This document shows, in pieces, positions 1 through 11,709 of a stretch of DNA of 62,821 nucleotides. Source of the DNA: Ministeria vibrans ATCC 50519 (Eukaryota; Protista; Filasterea); contig CALSCP010000348.1 in assembly GCA_943704425.1 (NCBI GenBank), forward strand, positions 1 to 62,821, written 5' to 3'. The first letter of the stretch is position 1. Each line of letters starts with the position of its first letter. Both the position numbers and the translations under genes were made by a program. The notes under the pieces are model-generated. The model made no database searches. It had not been told where the DNA came from and saw only the letters and a program-made list of their open reading frames with translations.

Positions 1-73
<73 letters not shown>

Positions 74-160
74 GAAAGGAGAAAGAAGCAAAGTGATAGA
101 GAGAGAGAAAGGAGGGAGAAAGAAGCAAAGTGATAGAGCGAGAATCAAGTGATAGAGAGC
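1..160. repeat. (AG)n microsatellite with AAAGTGATAGAG units
   Basis: Directly visible. Confidence 0.9.
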
Positions 161-201
161 GGGCACTGTGGAGTAATTGACTTGGTGGTGGTGGTGTGTA
201 G

Positions 202-2239
202 CTTGTCGGTCTGTTGAAGTGAACAGTACGAATTGGTGGTCTGCGATTGAGTCATCGGGTTGGCTGAAGCACATTAAGATTGTGCTTGACGCAGTAATGG
301 TAACAATGATAAAACAATACTCATGTGTGATTCATTGTATAGCACGCGCGAAGTAACTTCTCTATCACTCATTCACTCATTCACTCATTCAATCATTCAC
401 TCATTCACTCATTCACCGTCTTGATAATATTGTTAGGTGATGGTTCGTGCGCTGGATGACGAAGGGTGTAGTATTCTGCTGCACTGCAGTGACGGATGGG
501 ACCGCACTGCACAACTCTCGTCCCTCACTCAGCTCCTTTTGGACCCTTACTGTCGCACTATTTATGGGTTTCAGGTGATATCATTCGTGCAACACACACG
601 TAAACAAAACTAGTCCTGACCTGCGTGTGTGTGTGTGTGTGTGTGCAATGTCTCGATTCTTTATTTTAGACTTTGGTGGAGAAGGAATGGCTTTCGTTTG
701 GGCACAAGTTTCTTGATCGTTGTGGTTTTTTGACGGGCGAACGGCGTGAGACTTCACCCGTCTTTACGCAATTTCTTGATTGTGTGTGGCAGCTCAGTTG
801 TCAGTTTCCCTCTGCATTTGAGTTTAATGAGAACTTTTTGATTCAGGTTTGAAAACAAAAAATTAATATAATAATTATATTATTATAATATATTCTCTCT
901 CTCTTATTTTCTCTCCGACTCTATTATCATTTTTGGTTTTTTTTCTCTCCTTTTCTCTGACTCTCTCACTTTGTTTGTTCTATCTATATCTCTCCTTTCT
1001 TGCACTTATCACATCACAATGTTTTGTGTTTAGTTGCACGATATGCTGTACAGCTGCGAGTATGGGACGTTTTTGGGGAACAACGAGCGAGAGCGCAAAG
1101 AGGCGGATGTGGCGCGTCTGACTCAGTCTGTGTGGACAGAACTCAATGCGAATCGCGATGATCTCATGAACCCACTGTATTTGCCAATGGGCCCGGTGGT
1201 GTTGCGCCCGTCCACTGCCCCTGCGCACTTCACCGTGTGGCCTGGTCAGTATTTGCGATGGACACACGATGGTCTTGCGCGTGAGAGTGCATTGCATCGT
1301 CTCATGCATGTGGTGGCGCGTCGCGATGCACTTGAGGCGCGTGTTTATCAGCTGCGTCAGTACTTGCGCGACCCCACGGGTGAGCCCCCCGTATTGCCGG
1401 CGGTCGCGCAGTGGGAGGCTGAACGCCGTGTGCACCATTGTCATGCCTGCTCCAAAGTACTCGAGTTGCGTCGGAGACACTGTCGCCTGTGTGGCGCAGT
1501 CGTGTGCGTTGCCTGCTCCAAAACCCTCGTGAGTCTTCCCGAATACAGTGCTGAGGACGAGCAAGGATTTCGTGCGTGCCGCCCCTGTTTGCAGCGCCAC
1601 GAAAAACACCAACCCATGGTTCCCGTGCCCGGCGCCGCCGCCGTCGTCGTGCGTCCTCCCGACGACCTTGACGCCGAAGTGCCTCCACTCACCGCTTGGC
1701 CCCACACCACCTTTGTTGCGCCCGACAAGCTCCCCGACATTCTCATGCAAGACACCTTTCTCAGCACAACCACCGCTGCTTCAGCGGTCGCATCACCACG
1801 CAGCGCCACCGTACGCGCTCTTTCTGCCGCGCCAGTTCCCACACGCGTCGCACCCGCTCCCCCTTCGACACGAGCAACGTCAACAGCCACAACGACCGCA
1901 GCGACAAGTACGACCCCCACCTCTACTTCTACTACATCTTCGTCTCTTCCGGCCGTCATCAAAGCCTCCGCACCCGTTGCTCCTCCTCGACGCAAAACTT
2001 CCGCCTCCTCGTCCACCACCCCCAGCACAGCTACGCCGTCCACTCCTGGCGGTGTGAGCACAGTGCGTGCCCCTGCTCAGGCCCCTGTCGTACGCAACAC
2101 ATCCTCTTCGCGCCCCAGTTCTCCCCCTCCCACCCCTATCGATCGCCTTCCAGCCCCCGTCCGCATGGCCGCACCCGCTCGTCCCCCAACCAAGAGTGGT
2201 CCACGTCTCTCAGACCTCTTATCCAAGAAGACAAAATGA
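202..2239 (+). CDS. Myotubularin-family phosphoinositide phosphatase with C-terminal FYVE domain (MTMR3/4-like); 5' end outside window; multi-exon
   Basis: Exon ~437-574 encodes the catalytic motif [12 protein letters not shown]; exon ~671-846 encodes [11 protein letters not shown]...[13 protein letters not shown]...FEFNE; the last exon has [22 protein letters not shown] followed by a Pro/Ser/Thr tail. Confidence 0.9.
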
Positions 2240-2279
2240 AAAAGGAAAAGAAAGCAGGTTTTTCACACACAAAAATACA

Positions 2280-5190
2280 TTATATGAGGCCCTGCGAAAT
2301 GGCCTTCTTCACGTCCGCGACCTCTGAGCGCATCACCTTCATGCGCTGTACTGCGCGTGTCGCCCACTCATCACGTCCTAGCTTCTTCAGCGCCACCGCC
2401 AGTAGTTTCTCTTCCTCTACGCATTCTTCAACTTGCGACACGTACTCTAAACGAGAGGAGTGTGTGCGTGTGTGTGTGGGAAGAGAGTCACAAATTATTA
2501 TTATTTTTTTGTTTACGTTGAGGATTGAGCAGTCCGGCTCCGGCGCGTGCCTGAAACACACTCAAGCTGATCTCACACTGCTGTTTGCGGTCCTGGAGTT
2601 CTTCGCGTTGGGGACTAATGGAGCACAATGAGTCGGTTCACATGATTCACATGAGTACTACAAGCTTACGCGGGTGCTTTGGGAATGATTTTTGACAGAT
2701 GGGCAATTTCCGACTCGAGAAGGGCACTACTGACAATGCGTGAGACGTCGTTGGGGTTATTTTCAAACCACCAGTCGTCGTCGGCGTTGGCAGGGATAAC
2801 AAAACGACCGCATTTGTGCTCGACAGAGAGCGCAGGGTTTGCGGTGGGAACAGAAGATTTGGGAGCAGGTTTGGGGGAGGACTTTTGATCTGGTGCGGGA
2901 AGTGGATGCTCGACATGGACAAAGCCGTCGACGTCGGGGGTGGGTGGAGCAATGGCGACGGTGGGAGCATCAGTGGTGAGCGCTGAAGAGAGGCGGACTT
3001 GAGGAGGCGCGTTTTGCTGCTGTTGTGGCTTTGATGGCGACTCGGGGGAGAGAGCATCGGATAGTTTGACGGGAGTGACGGCGGCGGCAGTGGCCGAGGG
3101 ACCTGTCACATCCTTGCTTGTTGCTATTGTGGTTGTGGGGCTGGGAGTGGGCACGGCAGGCATGGTCTGACCAGGATCGACGACGAGCCATTGCTCTTGC
3201 GACTCGCGAATGTCCACGTCGGCCGCAAGCGGCTGACGCAGCGAGACGCTCACTTCAATCTTGGCGCCAGTGGGGCGACGCTTTTCGTTGACCAGGTCCA
3301 AACACTGGACAATATCACAGCGGCTCTCCAAAGTGCCCAATTTCAGTTCGGCGCGGCCAAGGCTCACGTCGGACTTGAGGAAAGACAGACCAACCATTCT
3401 ACGCTCGTGGAACACCTCAAAGGAGATGCCGTGACGCTTGACAAAGCGACCAAAGGTGCGCAGAGGAGCGACATTGCAGATAAACTTGTCGGTGAAGACA
3501 GGGTCAAGGGTGCGCTCGGCACTCGTTTGTGTGCGATGCTCTTGCCGCTGGTCATTTGAGGGAAAGGGCAGAGTTACCATGACATAAGATGAGATGGCAC
3601 CGGACTCTTTGGCGACGCGCAGATCAATGCAGCGCAACACGGCAACTTCAAGTTGCTCGGGCTTAAGCTCAAGGTGCGAATGGATTGCAGGGAATGAGCG
3701 TGTCTCATAGTGCACGCGAGGTGGCAACAACTTGTGCTGACGCCACAGACGCACCAAATCCAAATCCTGACCACACTTCTTCTTGGCGGCGTAAAAGTGA
3801 GTCGCCTGTGCATGGTCACCAGCCTTGTAGTAGTGTGTTGCATTGCCCATGCACAAGGTCGCCTGTCGCTCGAGCTGCTCCTCAAGACGGTTGTACACGT
3901 CGGTGGAAGACGCAGCCAGTGAGATGCTACTTGACGAAGAGCTCAGCTCGCGCGACATTTCTTGGATTAGGCTTGTTGATGCAATCGTCTACATAGAAAA
4001 GTCAAAAAAAAAAAGAGTCGACAAGCAAAAAGAACACGAAACGAATGTGACCTGTTGTTTTGGAGATGGATTGGGGGAGAAGGAGGACGAAGTGGAAGGA
4101 GACGGAGAAGGAGCACCTGGAGGCAGAGTGGGCAAGGGTGGGATGGGACGGGAGGCGTCGAGGAGGGTGCCGCTCTGGAGAGTCGACAGGACACTGTTGA
4201 GGGAGATGCTCACGTCGTAGTATCTAGTAAATGGATTGAGTGATGAGATGAGGTGGGTGTGTACCTTTGTGATGTGTGTATCTTTGTGATGTGTGTGCTG
4301 TTGAGGTTCTTCTACTCACTGTTTTGCGACGGGCATGTTGTTGAGACGCTTGTGCGCTAGCGCGACGTTGCGGTACTCTTCTTGACGGCGTGTGACCACT
4401 TGAATCTGCTGAGCAAGAGTGAGTCCTGCAAGAGACTGGCCAGAGCGAGAGCGCGATGGTGAGGAAGAGGAGGAGGAGGAGGAAGACGGTTGTGCTGATG
4501 ATGAGGGTGAGGGAGCAGAAAGTGTTTGCGGTGTGGTTGATGAAGTCGGAGTCGCAGCTGGTGGTGGTGTGGCTGGAGTAGGGGCGGCCAGTCGGGGAGC
4601 AATGCGTTTTTTGCCGTAGAGTATGACATCGCGGTCCGCGACTGAGATGGTCTCCTGGCCCTTGTCACGGAGTTTCTTGAATTCGCGATACTGTTTCATG
4701 GCGGCCGACTCGCCCTTGGCATCGCCACTCTGCTTGGCTGCTTTGCTACTATTTAGTGCCGCATCAATACATTCCTTGATAGTGACCATTTGGGCGGCAG
4801 GAGCAGGAGCAGGAGCAGGAGACGGGGCGGGAGCGGCGGAAGTAGGAACAGGAGATGCTGATGCGGGTGCTGGTGCGGAAACTGGAGCAGGAACTGGTGT
4901 AGGAGCTGGTCGCACCTTCGCTTTGCCATACAGGATCACATCAACAGCATCTGTGCTGATTTCGGTCTGGCCCTTGTCACGGAGTTTTTTGAATTCACGA
5001 TACTGCTTCATGGCGGCAGACTCGCCCTTGGCGTCGCCACTCTGTTTAGCAACTTTGCCACGCAAGAGCGCGTTGTCAATGCACTCCTTGATGGTCATCA
5101 TGCCGCTCTCGGGAGCAGGAGTCGTAGGAGTTGTCGTTGAAGCTGCGCTCGTGATAGCAGCAGCAACAGTAACAGAAGGGGAAGTAACAG

Positions 5191-5232
<42 letters not shown>

Positions 5233-5849
5233 GAGCAGCAGAAGGAGCGGGAGGAGAGAGTGTGCTGGCTTGAACTTCGACTTTGGGTTCGGGAGCACCT
5301 CCAAGCTCAGCGAGTTGCGCCATGAGTTCGGGATCGTTGAGGTCATCTTCAGTGAGGTCGACATTGTCAAAGGTGTCCCCGCCTTCGTCGGCTGGCTCTT
5401 GTTCGGCGTCGACAAAGACCTATACGAATCAAACAGCACAGTCATAACAGTTACTATGACAAGTCGACGAAATGGGAAGTTCCACAAGCACCTCCTCATG
5501 GTCAGAGTCTGGAGCGGGGGGTGTCGCATGCCCGGGTGCCGCTGCCGAGAGCGGCACAGCGGTGGCGGGAGGCGCAGGCGGCGCAACAGGGGCAGCGTCC
5601 GTTGGGATGCTCGCCTGGAGCATCTGCAGCTCGCGCATCAGCTCGTCGTCGTTCTCCAGGTTGCTGTAGCTCTGTGCTGCCTTTGCCGCCATGTCCGCCT
5701 GACGCAGGTGGCGCGTGAGGAGAGAATGAACAGACACTTTTTTTTTTCGGTCGAGTCACAACAAAAAAGTAAGAAAGTTGTACCGGCGATTGATACGAGT
5801 GGAATCCACTGGCGCTCCCCTGGGAGGCCTTTCCTCGCGAAAATGGCAT
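2280..5849 (-). CDS. CC2D1: Coiled-coil and C2 domain protein (CC2D1/Lgd-like) with DM14-like repeats; multi-exon
   Basis: DM14-like helical repeats (ALAHKRLNNMPVAK; KVAKQSGDAKGESAAMKQYR), a C2 domain (LEVAVLRCIDL...SYVMVTLPFPS...LGRAELKLGTLESRC...RRPTGAKIEVSVSLRQPL) and a C-terminal helix (ALKKLGRDEWATRAVQRMKVMRSEV). Confidence 0.8.
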
Positions 5850-5973
5850 GGGTGAACGAGAAATTGGGAGATGAATAAAATCAATAATAGTAAGAAGAAA
5901 TACAACCCATTTATTAACCACGCTAATACTAATAATGATAATGATAATAATTATAATAATAATAATAATAATA

Positions 5974-6009
<36 letters not shown>

Positions 6010-6329
6010 ATCTTACGTACGTTTAACTACTGTTTGTTTTTTTTCATCTCCTCCATATTATACTACTGCAAATGTCGCTGTGGCACACCTAACAGGGATG
6101 CTGCTGCGCGCACTCGTCACGCAAGGGAAGCGCTGAGGTTTCGTTTTGAGGAGGTGTCCATCTAGCTACGGAGGATGGGATGTACTACATCGAGCTATTG
6201 AGCATCCTAAGAACAACATCACTTTGATAGAATGGCGTGACGTCGTGAGAATCAAAGAGAAAGCGTGTGTATTAGATGTTATTGTGCTCTTATGTTGATA
6301 ATATTAATCACAAAAAGGGAGGAAGAGTA

Positions 6330-8369
6330 TCAGGACCGGGCGGCTGCGGCAGCCCTGAGGGCACGCAGGCGGGCTGTGAGCAGCTGTCGTTCGTTGCGCA
6401 GGGCTGTCTTTTCGGCAAGGTAGGCAGCGTCTTTGCGTTTGAGGTACAGGATGTGGTTGAGAGCCTCGCGGAGAATGATGATTTTGGCGACAGGGTGACG
6501 ATTGGCGAGCGATGGAATGGCTAGTTGGAGTGTGTTGAAGGTCCGGTTGAGATCATCGCGACGTTTACGTTCGAGCACATTGTGCGAGCGGCGTTTCTCG
6601 AGTGTGGCCGCATCGAGAGCTTCGTCGCCAGTGTAGCGTCGTCGGCTGCTTCCACTGCCACTGCCCCCTCCGCCACTGCCCGTCTCGTCGTACAGCTCGT
6701 CGTCCAGTTCGCTCGCCGTGTACCGTCGACGGTACTCGCGGTATGTGTCTGCGGCTGCGGTGGCTGCTGCTGCCGCTACTGTGGTGGAGTGGGTGGCGCC
6801 GCCGGTCGAGCGCCGTCGTCGGCCGCCGCGGCCACGACCACGAGTACCGGAGCCGGCGACGGCCGAGGCGGACGCGGGAGGGTAGTAGTCAGCGTACTGT
6901 CCATGTTGCTGTTGTTGCTGTGGGGGGTACTGTTTGGGAATGTAAAAGGTGTGGGGGGTGTTCTGTTGCAGTGGGGAGGTGGGAGCACTCTGAGCATAGT
7001 AGTGGGAGTAGGGGGGATATGTAAAGGACTGCCCTTGATACTGTTGTTGTTCAAGATGGGGCGCGAGTGGGGGTTGTGGGAACTGCTCGTAGTGCTGTTG
7101 TTGGTGTTGTGGCGGAGGAAGAGCAAGAAGAGGGTCGTCTTCCGAGTCACCTACAACATCGACATCGCCGACGTCGATGATAGGGTCGAGCAGACGGGTG
7201 GCAGTGTGCGTGTGAGTGGGAGTGGTGGTGGTAAAGGATGGAGCGCCTGTGGCTGCCTGCCGGAAGTATGCGTCAAAGTCGTCGTCGTAAATGGGTTCCG
7301 GAGAGTTTGCTGCCGTGTCGAGGTAGTCGTCATCGCTGACACCGTCGTGAAGTGAGGCAGGTGCGCTCTGGTAGTGTTGGTATTGGCTGAGGCCCAGACT
7401 TGGGCCGGCCAGCAACGCTAGAGGGTCGTCGGGCACGCCGTCGATGGCCCAGCCACTGCTGCTTGCCGTGCCCGAGTCCATGCTCAGGGCGACGGACGCA
7501 AGCGTAGGCTGCTGCTGCTGCTGCTGTTGTTGTTGTTGTTCTAGTGTGAGGGAGAAGATGTTGTCGGTGGAGGCGATGGGCGGTGCGCTGCCGGGAAGCT
7601 GAGCACTGTAGCGTCGTGACATGGATAGAGGCGGGCGTCCACGCGCACTGGTGGTGTACGCGCGGTCCGTGGTGCCCTTCCCTTTGCGTCTACGCGGCTT
7701 TTGCTGCTGCGCACGCGGCACGTATTCGTCGGAGACATCGTCGTCGGCCGATGTGGAAAGGTGCCTTCGCGACGATGCATATTCTCGGACATTATTTGTA
7801 TCGTCGTGCGCATCAAAGCTATCCTCGACCGCCAGCGCAGCGCCGTTGCCGCGACGACGCCGACCTGCGCCTTCCTCGGCGCTCTCCTCGTCGTCGCTCG
7901 CCACTTCGAGACGCCGTCGTTTTCTGGGACTCGCGCGCAGATTCATCGCGCGTCCGCCCGGCGTCTCCTCTGCAAGAGCCGAGGACGGCTCGGCAGGGAT
8001 GCCGACAGAAGCGTCCACAGAGGCACCTACTGCGCCTGTTGAGGCGCCAAGTGAGTTGTTGGCGGGAGGAGAGAGAGCAGAAGGAGGGACGGAGGGAAAT
8101 TCGAATGACTGGGGCGCTAGTGAGGCGGCAAAGGCTTGTCCAGCGAGCTCGGACGCAGCAGTAGGCTGGTGGGGGGCTACAGTGGCGTGTGGCGACTCAG
8201 AGGCGACGAGCGTTGTGTCATTGTTGGTTTCATCGGACGTTTCGTCTGTGGCCAATTCACTCTTGGATGTGAGTTGCTCCGTCTGATGGCGCGATTCTCC
8301 CGCAGAAGGCGCGTCCTCGGGGTTGTTGGGTTCAAACAGGCGCACGTGCATTGGCAGAAGATCGCCCAT
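6330..8369 (-). CDS. MYC: Myc-like bHLH-leucine zipper transcription factor, single exon
   Basis: C-terminal KRRSHNVLERKRRDDLNRTFNTLQLAIPSL...AKIIILREALNHILYL plus a zipper ending at the C-terminus, the Myc-type basic region and layout. The N-terminus is long and low-complexity. Confidence 0.75.
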   Translation of the reverse strand: MGDLLPMHVRLFEPNNPEDAPSAGESRHQTEQLTSKSELATDETSDETNNDTTLVASESPHATVAPHQPTAASELAGQAFAASLAPQSFEFPSVPPSALSPPANNSLGASTGAVGASVDASVGIPAEPSSALAEETPGGRAMNLRASPRKRRRLEVASDDEESAEEGAGRRRRGNGAALAVEDSFDAHDDTNNVREYASSRRHLSTSADDDVSDEYVPRAQQQKPRRRKGKGTTDRAYTTSARGRPPLSMSRRYSAQLPGSAPPIASTDNIFSLTLEQQQQQQQQQQPTLASVALSMDSGTASSSGWAIDGVPDDPLALLAGPSLGLSQYQHYQSAPASLHDGVSDDDYLDTAANSPEPIYDDDFDAYFRQAATGAPSFTTTTPTHTHTATRLLDPIIDVGDVDVVGDSEDDPLLALPPPQHQQQHYEQFPQPPLAPHLEQQQYQGQSFTYPPYSHYYAQSAPTSPLQQNTPHTFYIPKQYPPQQQQQHGQYADYYPPASASAVAGSGTRGRGRGGRRRRSTGGATHSTTVAAAAATAAADTYREYRRRYTASELDDELYDETGSGGGGSGSGSSRRRYTGDEALDAATLEKRRSHNVLERKRRDDLNRTFNTLQLAIPSLANRHPVAKIIILREALNHILYLKRKDAAYLAEKTALRNERQLLTARLRALRAAAAARS

Positions 8370-8809
8370 TGCGAGAGAAGGAGAGCGAAAAGGAAAACGG
8401 CCACAAATCAAACAAACGAAGATCGATTCAAACGAAGGCAAAGCGAGTCAAAAATATCAAAATGAGACGAAAGAAGCAAGGAAAAACGGAAGTTACAGAA
8501 CGCTTCAACGCCTGAAAAAAAAAACTTTATTTAGAATTTTAGAATATAGATTGTTTTGATTTTTGAAATTGCATTAATGATTGTCGTTTGTTTCAAGTGA
8601 GTGCCGTCACGAGAGCGAGCAGTTGTTCTGGCAGCAGTTGCGACTGATCACAGAGCAAACGTTCGGCAGAGGTAAGCTTATCATCACCAGGATGAAGAGT
8701 GCGTTTCGGGGAGGAAGTTTGCGTCTCATCGCCAAAACTACAAAGCAGAGTCAATCACAATTTAATTATTACTTATTCTTTGCTTTCGTATTTAAAAATA
8801 TTGTTAGTA

Positions 8810-9300
8810 TTACTCTGATCGCCTGTGTCGAGTGACAGTATTGGTGGGCACAGGAGGAAGTTTGACGGGTCGTGGACGCAATGGAAATCGCCCGTTGTGC
8901 TAATAAAAGTCAAAATTGAATTATAATTATTATTATTATTACTAATCGTTTAGTGACGTTCTTTTTTTTTTTTTTACCATTGATTTGAATTGTTCATATT
9001 CATTTCCTTCGCTTTCTCTTTGAATTCCCATTCTTCTCCATTCCTATGAGAAGAGAAGTGTAAGAAACAACATAAAAGAAAAAATCTTACTTGTAATAGA
9101 GCTGTTTTGCGTTTGAGTTCTCTTTCACTGGCATAACCTTCAAGAGAGTGAGTGAGTGGCTGTGTGTGCATATATATGAGTACCTTTAAGGATCTGATCG
9201 CGGAGAGAAGGATCGCAGTAAGGACTACGGAGGAGAGAGCGGACGGGGAGGGGGATTTCTTTAGCAACACGTTTGGGGGTGTAGGGGAGGGCAGCAGTGC
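8810..9300 (-). CDS. Orphan 3' fragment (4 exons) of an unidentified gene; 5' part absent
   Basis: GT-AG exons splice in frame to [105 protein letters not shown]. The first exon is out of phase with the upstream DKC1 exon. Confidence 0.55.
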
Positions 9301-9319
9301 TACGAGAATGAGAGAATTT

Positions 9320-9321
9320 GA

Positions 9322-9420
<99 letters not shown>

Positions 9421-9490
9421 AGTGATAGAGAGAGAGAGAAAAAAAACAAAGTGATAGAGAGAGAGAGAGAGAACAAAGTGATAGATAGAA
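9320..9490. repeat. (AG)n microsatellite with ACAAAGTGATAGA units
   Basis: Directly visible; coincides with the DKC1 discontinuity. Confidence 0.9.
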
Positions 9491-9591
9491 CAAAGTGAAA
9501 GAGAGTAAGAATGAAAGAAAATAAACAAAAGTGAAAGAAACGTGATATGGCCAAGTGACGAAGAGAGGAAAAAAAAAGTAAATGTAGTTAC

Positions 9592-11101
9592 CTTCTTCTC
9601 TTGGGCAACCTTGCCAAGGCCCCATCGACGGGGATAGGTGTCACGCTCCATGATGACGCGCTTGAGCTTGGCGACAATGCCATGGTCGCACGTGGCAATG
9701 ACCGAGGTGGTCATGAGTGCAATGCCCAACGCAATGGCCTCGCCCTTGGTCGTCATCAGCACGACAACCTCGTCGACCTCGATGCCGCTCTCGTAGCGCA
9801 GGACGCCCGGCAAGAGCACCTTGGCGCCGTAGCAGACGGCGTTGACGGCACTGTCCTTGATCACAATGCGCTTGTACGACTTGAGCAGCAGCTCGAGCGG
9901 CATGACCGCCTTGCGCAGCAGCGACTCGTCCTGCTGGTTGTCGTAGACCCACTGTGCGTCCAAAATATCGTGCATGGTGACCAGGTTGTCGTGTTCGCTC
10001 GTGGCGCCCGACCGCACACGTCTCAGCTCCTGCATGTGTCCACCGACGCCCAGCACGAGACCCAGGTGCACACAGAGCGTACGGATGTACGTGCCTGCCT
10101 CGCAGCTCACCCAAAACACACCCAAGTGACGCTTTGTGTCGTATTCGTACAGCTTGGTGTCGTAAATGGTGCGGACACGCAGCTGTCGCTTGACCGCCGA
10201 GATGAGCGGGGGGCGCTGGAAGAGAGCACCCGTCAGCTTCTCGAGGCCCGTCGCGAGGGCGGTTGCGCCCTCAATGGCGTCGTGCAGTCGCACAATGCAG
10301 ACGTACTCCTTGCCGGCGCTCTGTTGACTCTTGACCAGTCGTGTGGCCCGATCCACACACACAATCAACGCACCCGTCACCTTGGGATCGAGAGTGCCAC
10401 TGTGGCCCGTCTTTTCGACGCGCAAAATCCTCCGAATCCACGCCACAATCTGAAAATAGCAGAGCGCATGAGTGAGTGGTGGGTGCATGTGTGCGTGTGG
10501 GTACCTCGTGCGACGACGGATTCGCAGGCTTGTCCAGATTGATCACGCCATAGCGAATGTAGTCGTGCAGATTGCGCTTCAACGGCGTCGATCCCGACGG
10601 AATCGGTGTGTAGTGGCCTAATGCGCATCAAAGTAAGCGTGGCGTTCAGCATGTGCCTCTCAGTCATCAAAAAGAAGAGCATCGTCGTGATATGCTTTCC
10701 AGTGTAAGGAGAGAGAGAGAGAGAGAGGAAAAAAAAAAAAAAAAAAAAAAAAGGACAGCGTCTGACCTGTCTTGACGTTGAGTTTGTCGTAGTTCTTCAA
10801 GAGAAGCGGCCAGTTGGAGGTGTCGAGGGCGGGCGTCTCCTTTGTGGATTTGATGGTAAACTCGTCGTCGTCCGTCGTCGTGTCCATCGCCTTCTTTTCC
10901 TTGTCTGCACACGAACGAGGCGTCAGTGTCGCGCCTCGCCGACAGCGCAACCGGCATGTGTGTGCGGGAGGGGGTGTCGCAGTGCAAAGGGGAGCGGGAT
11001 TGGGAGCGTGGCGAGGGGAGGAGCGTGGCGAGGGACGGGGTTGCAGACGCGCGCAAATCAGGATCGACAGGGTGCAGAGTAAGCGCCGTACCTTTGCCCA
11101 T
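9592..11101 (-). CDS. DKC1: H/ACA RNP pseudouridine synthase dyskerin/Cbf5; C-terminal exon(s) missing
   Basis: [63 protein letters not shown] domain, [13 protein letters not shown]. Confidence 0.97.
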
Positions 11102-11320
11102 GGTGGAGAGTAGTCAATAGTGAAAGGGAAAGACCAACTATGGACTAAAAAAAAAAAAAAGTTTGAATAAAACAAATCCTTACATGATCGTAACTCACCG
11201 ACGCAACGCTGAAGTGAACAGTGAACACTGCTTTTCGCTGTTGTCGGACCCATCGCTAATTTGCATATTTGAGTTCTTGGCGTCTGAACCGCTTTTCGAT
11301 GGCTACGTCTAATACTTTGT

Positions 11321-11665
11321 ATGACGATGGCATCGTTTCGTATGTCTTGTTCACTCGCAATGTAATGTGTGTGTGTAGTCAACTTGAAGTTCCTTTCCCC
11401 AACGAACGCCTTGCCGAGATTGCTCGTCAAGTCATGAGCGTTGACAAGGAGCCCAGCAAGTCGAGGATATCGCGTGTGGTGACGCGTGAAGAGGCCACAT
11501 TGAAAGTGTACGGATGCAAAACGTCCTTTGCTGTTTTTGATGTTGGTGTCCGTTGTGGTGCGCAGGTCGTGGGACGCAGACGAGTTGAAGACGCTCCGAG
11601 TGAGCGTTGGGTCATTTATGGACTTGTTAGGGCTGTGTATTGACTCGATGGTGGCGTTTGATTGA
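11321..11665 (+). CDS. PCC1: KEOPS complex subunit Pcc1/LAGE3; 3 exons
   Basis: LEVPFPNERLAEIARQVMSVDKEP...ISRVVTREEATLKV-SWDADELKTLRVSVGSFMDLLGLCIDSM. Confidence 0.88.
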
Positions 11666-11709
11666 AATTGAAATATTATATTATTGTACATCACTCTCTT
11701 TCAGTTAAT

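Noticed and set aside
366-416. (CACTCATT)n array, and (GTAAAAA)n-like array at ~21530-21570, as CRISPR or telomere repeats
   Set aside because: Short simple tandem repeats without spacers, internal, not a known telomere unit.
8974-9591. Leu/Ser-rich hydrophobic 'C-terminus' of DKC1 in the ORF track
   Set aside because: Translation of an intron containing (CT)n.
10620-10720. Box C/D-like words and a small hairpin in a DKC1 intron (snoRNA?)
   Set aside because: TGATGA and CTGA are too close together and there is no convincing H/ACA two-hairpin fold by eye; needs Infernal.
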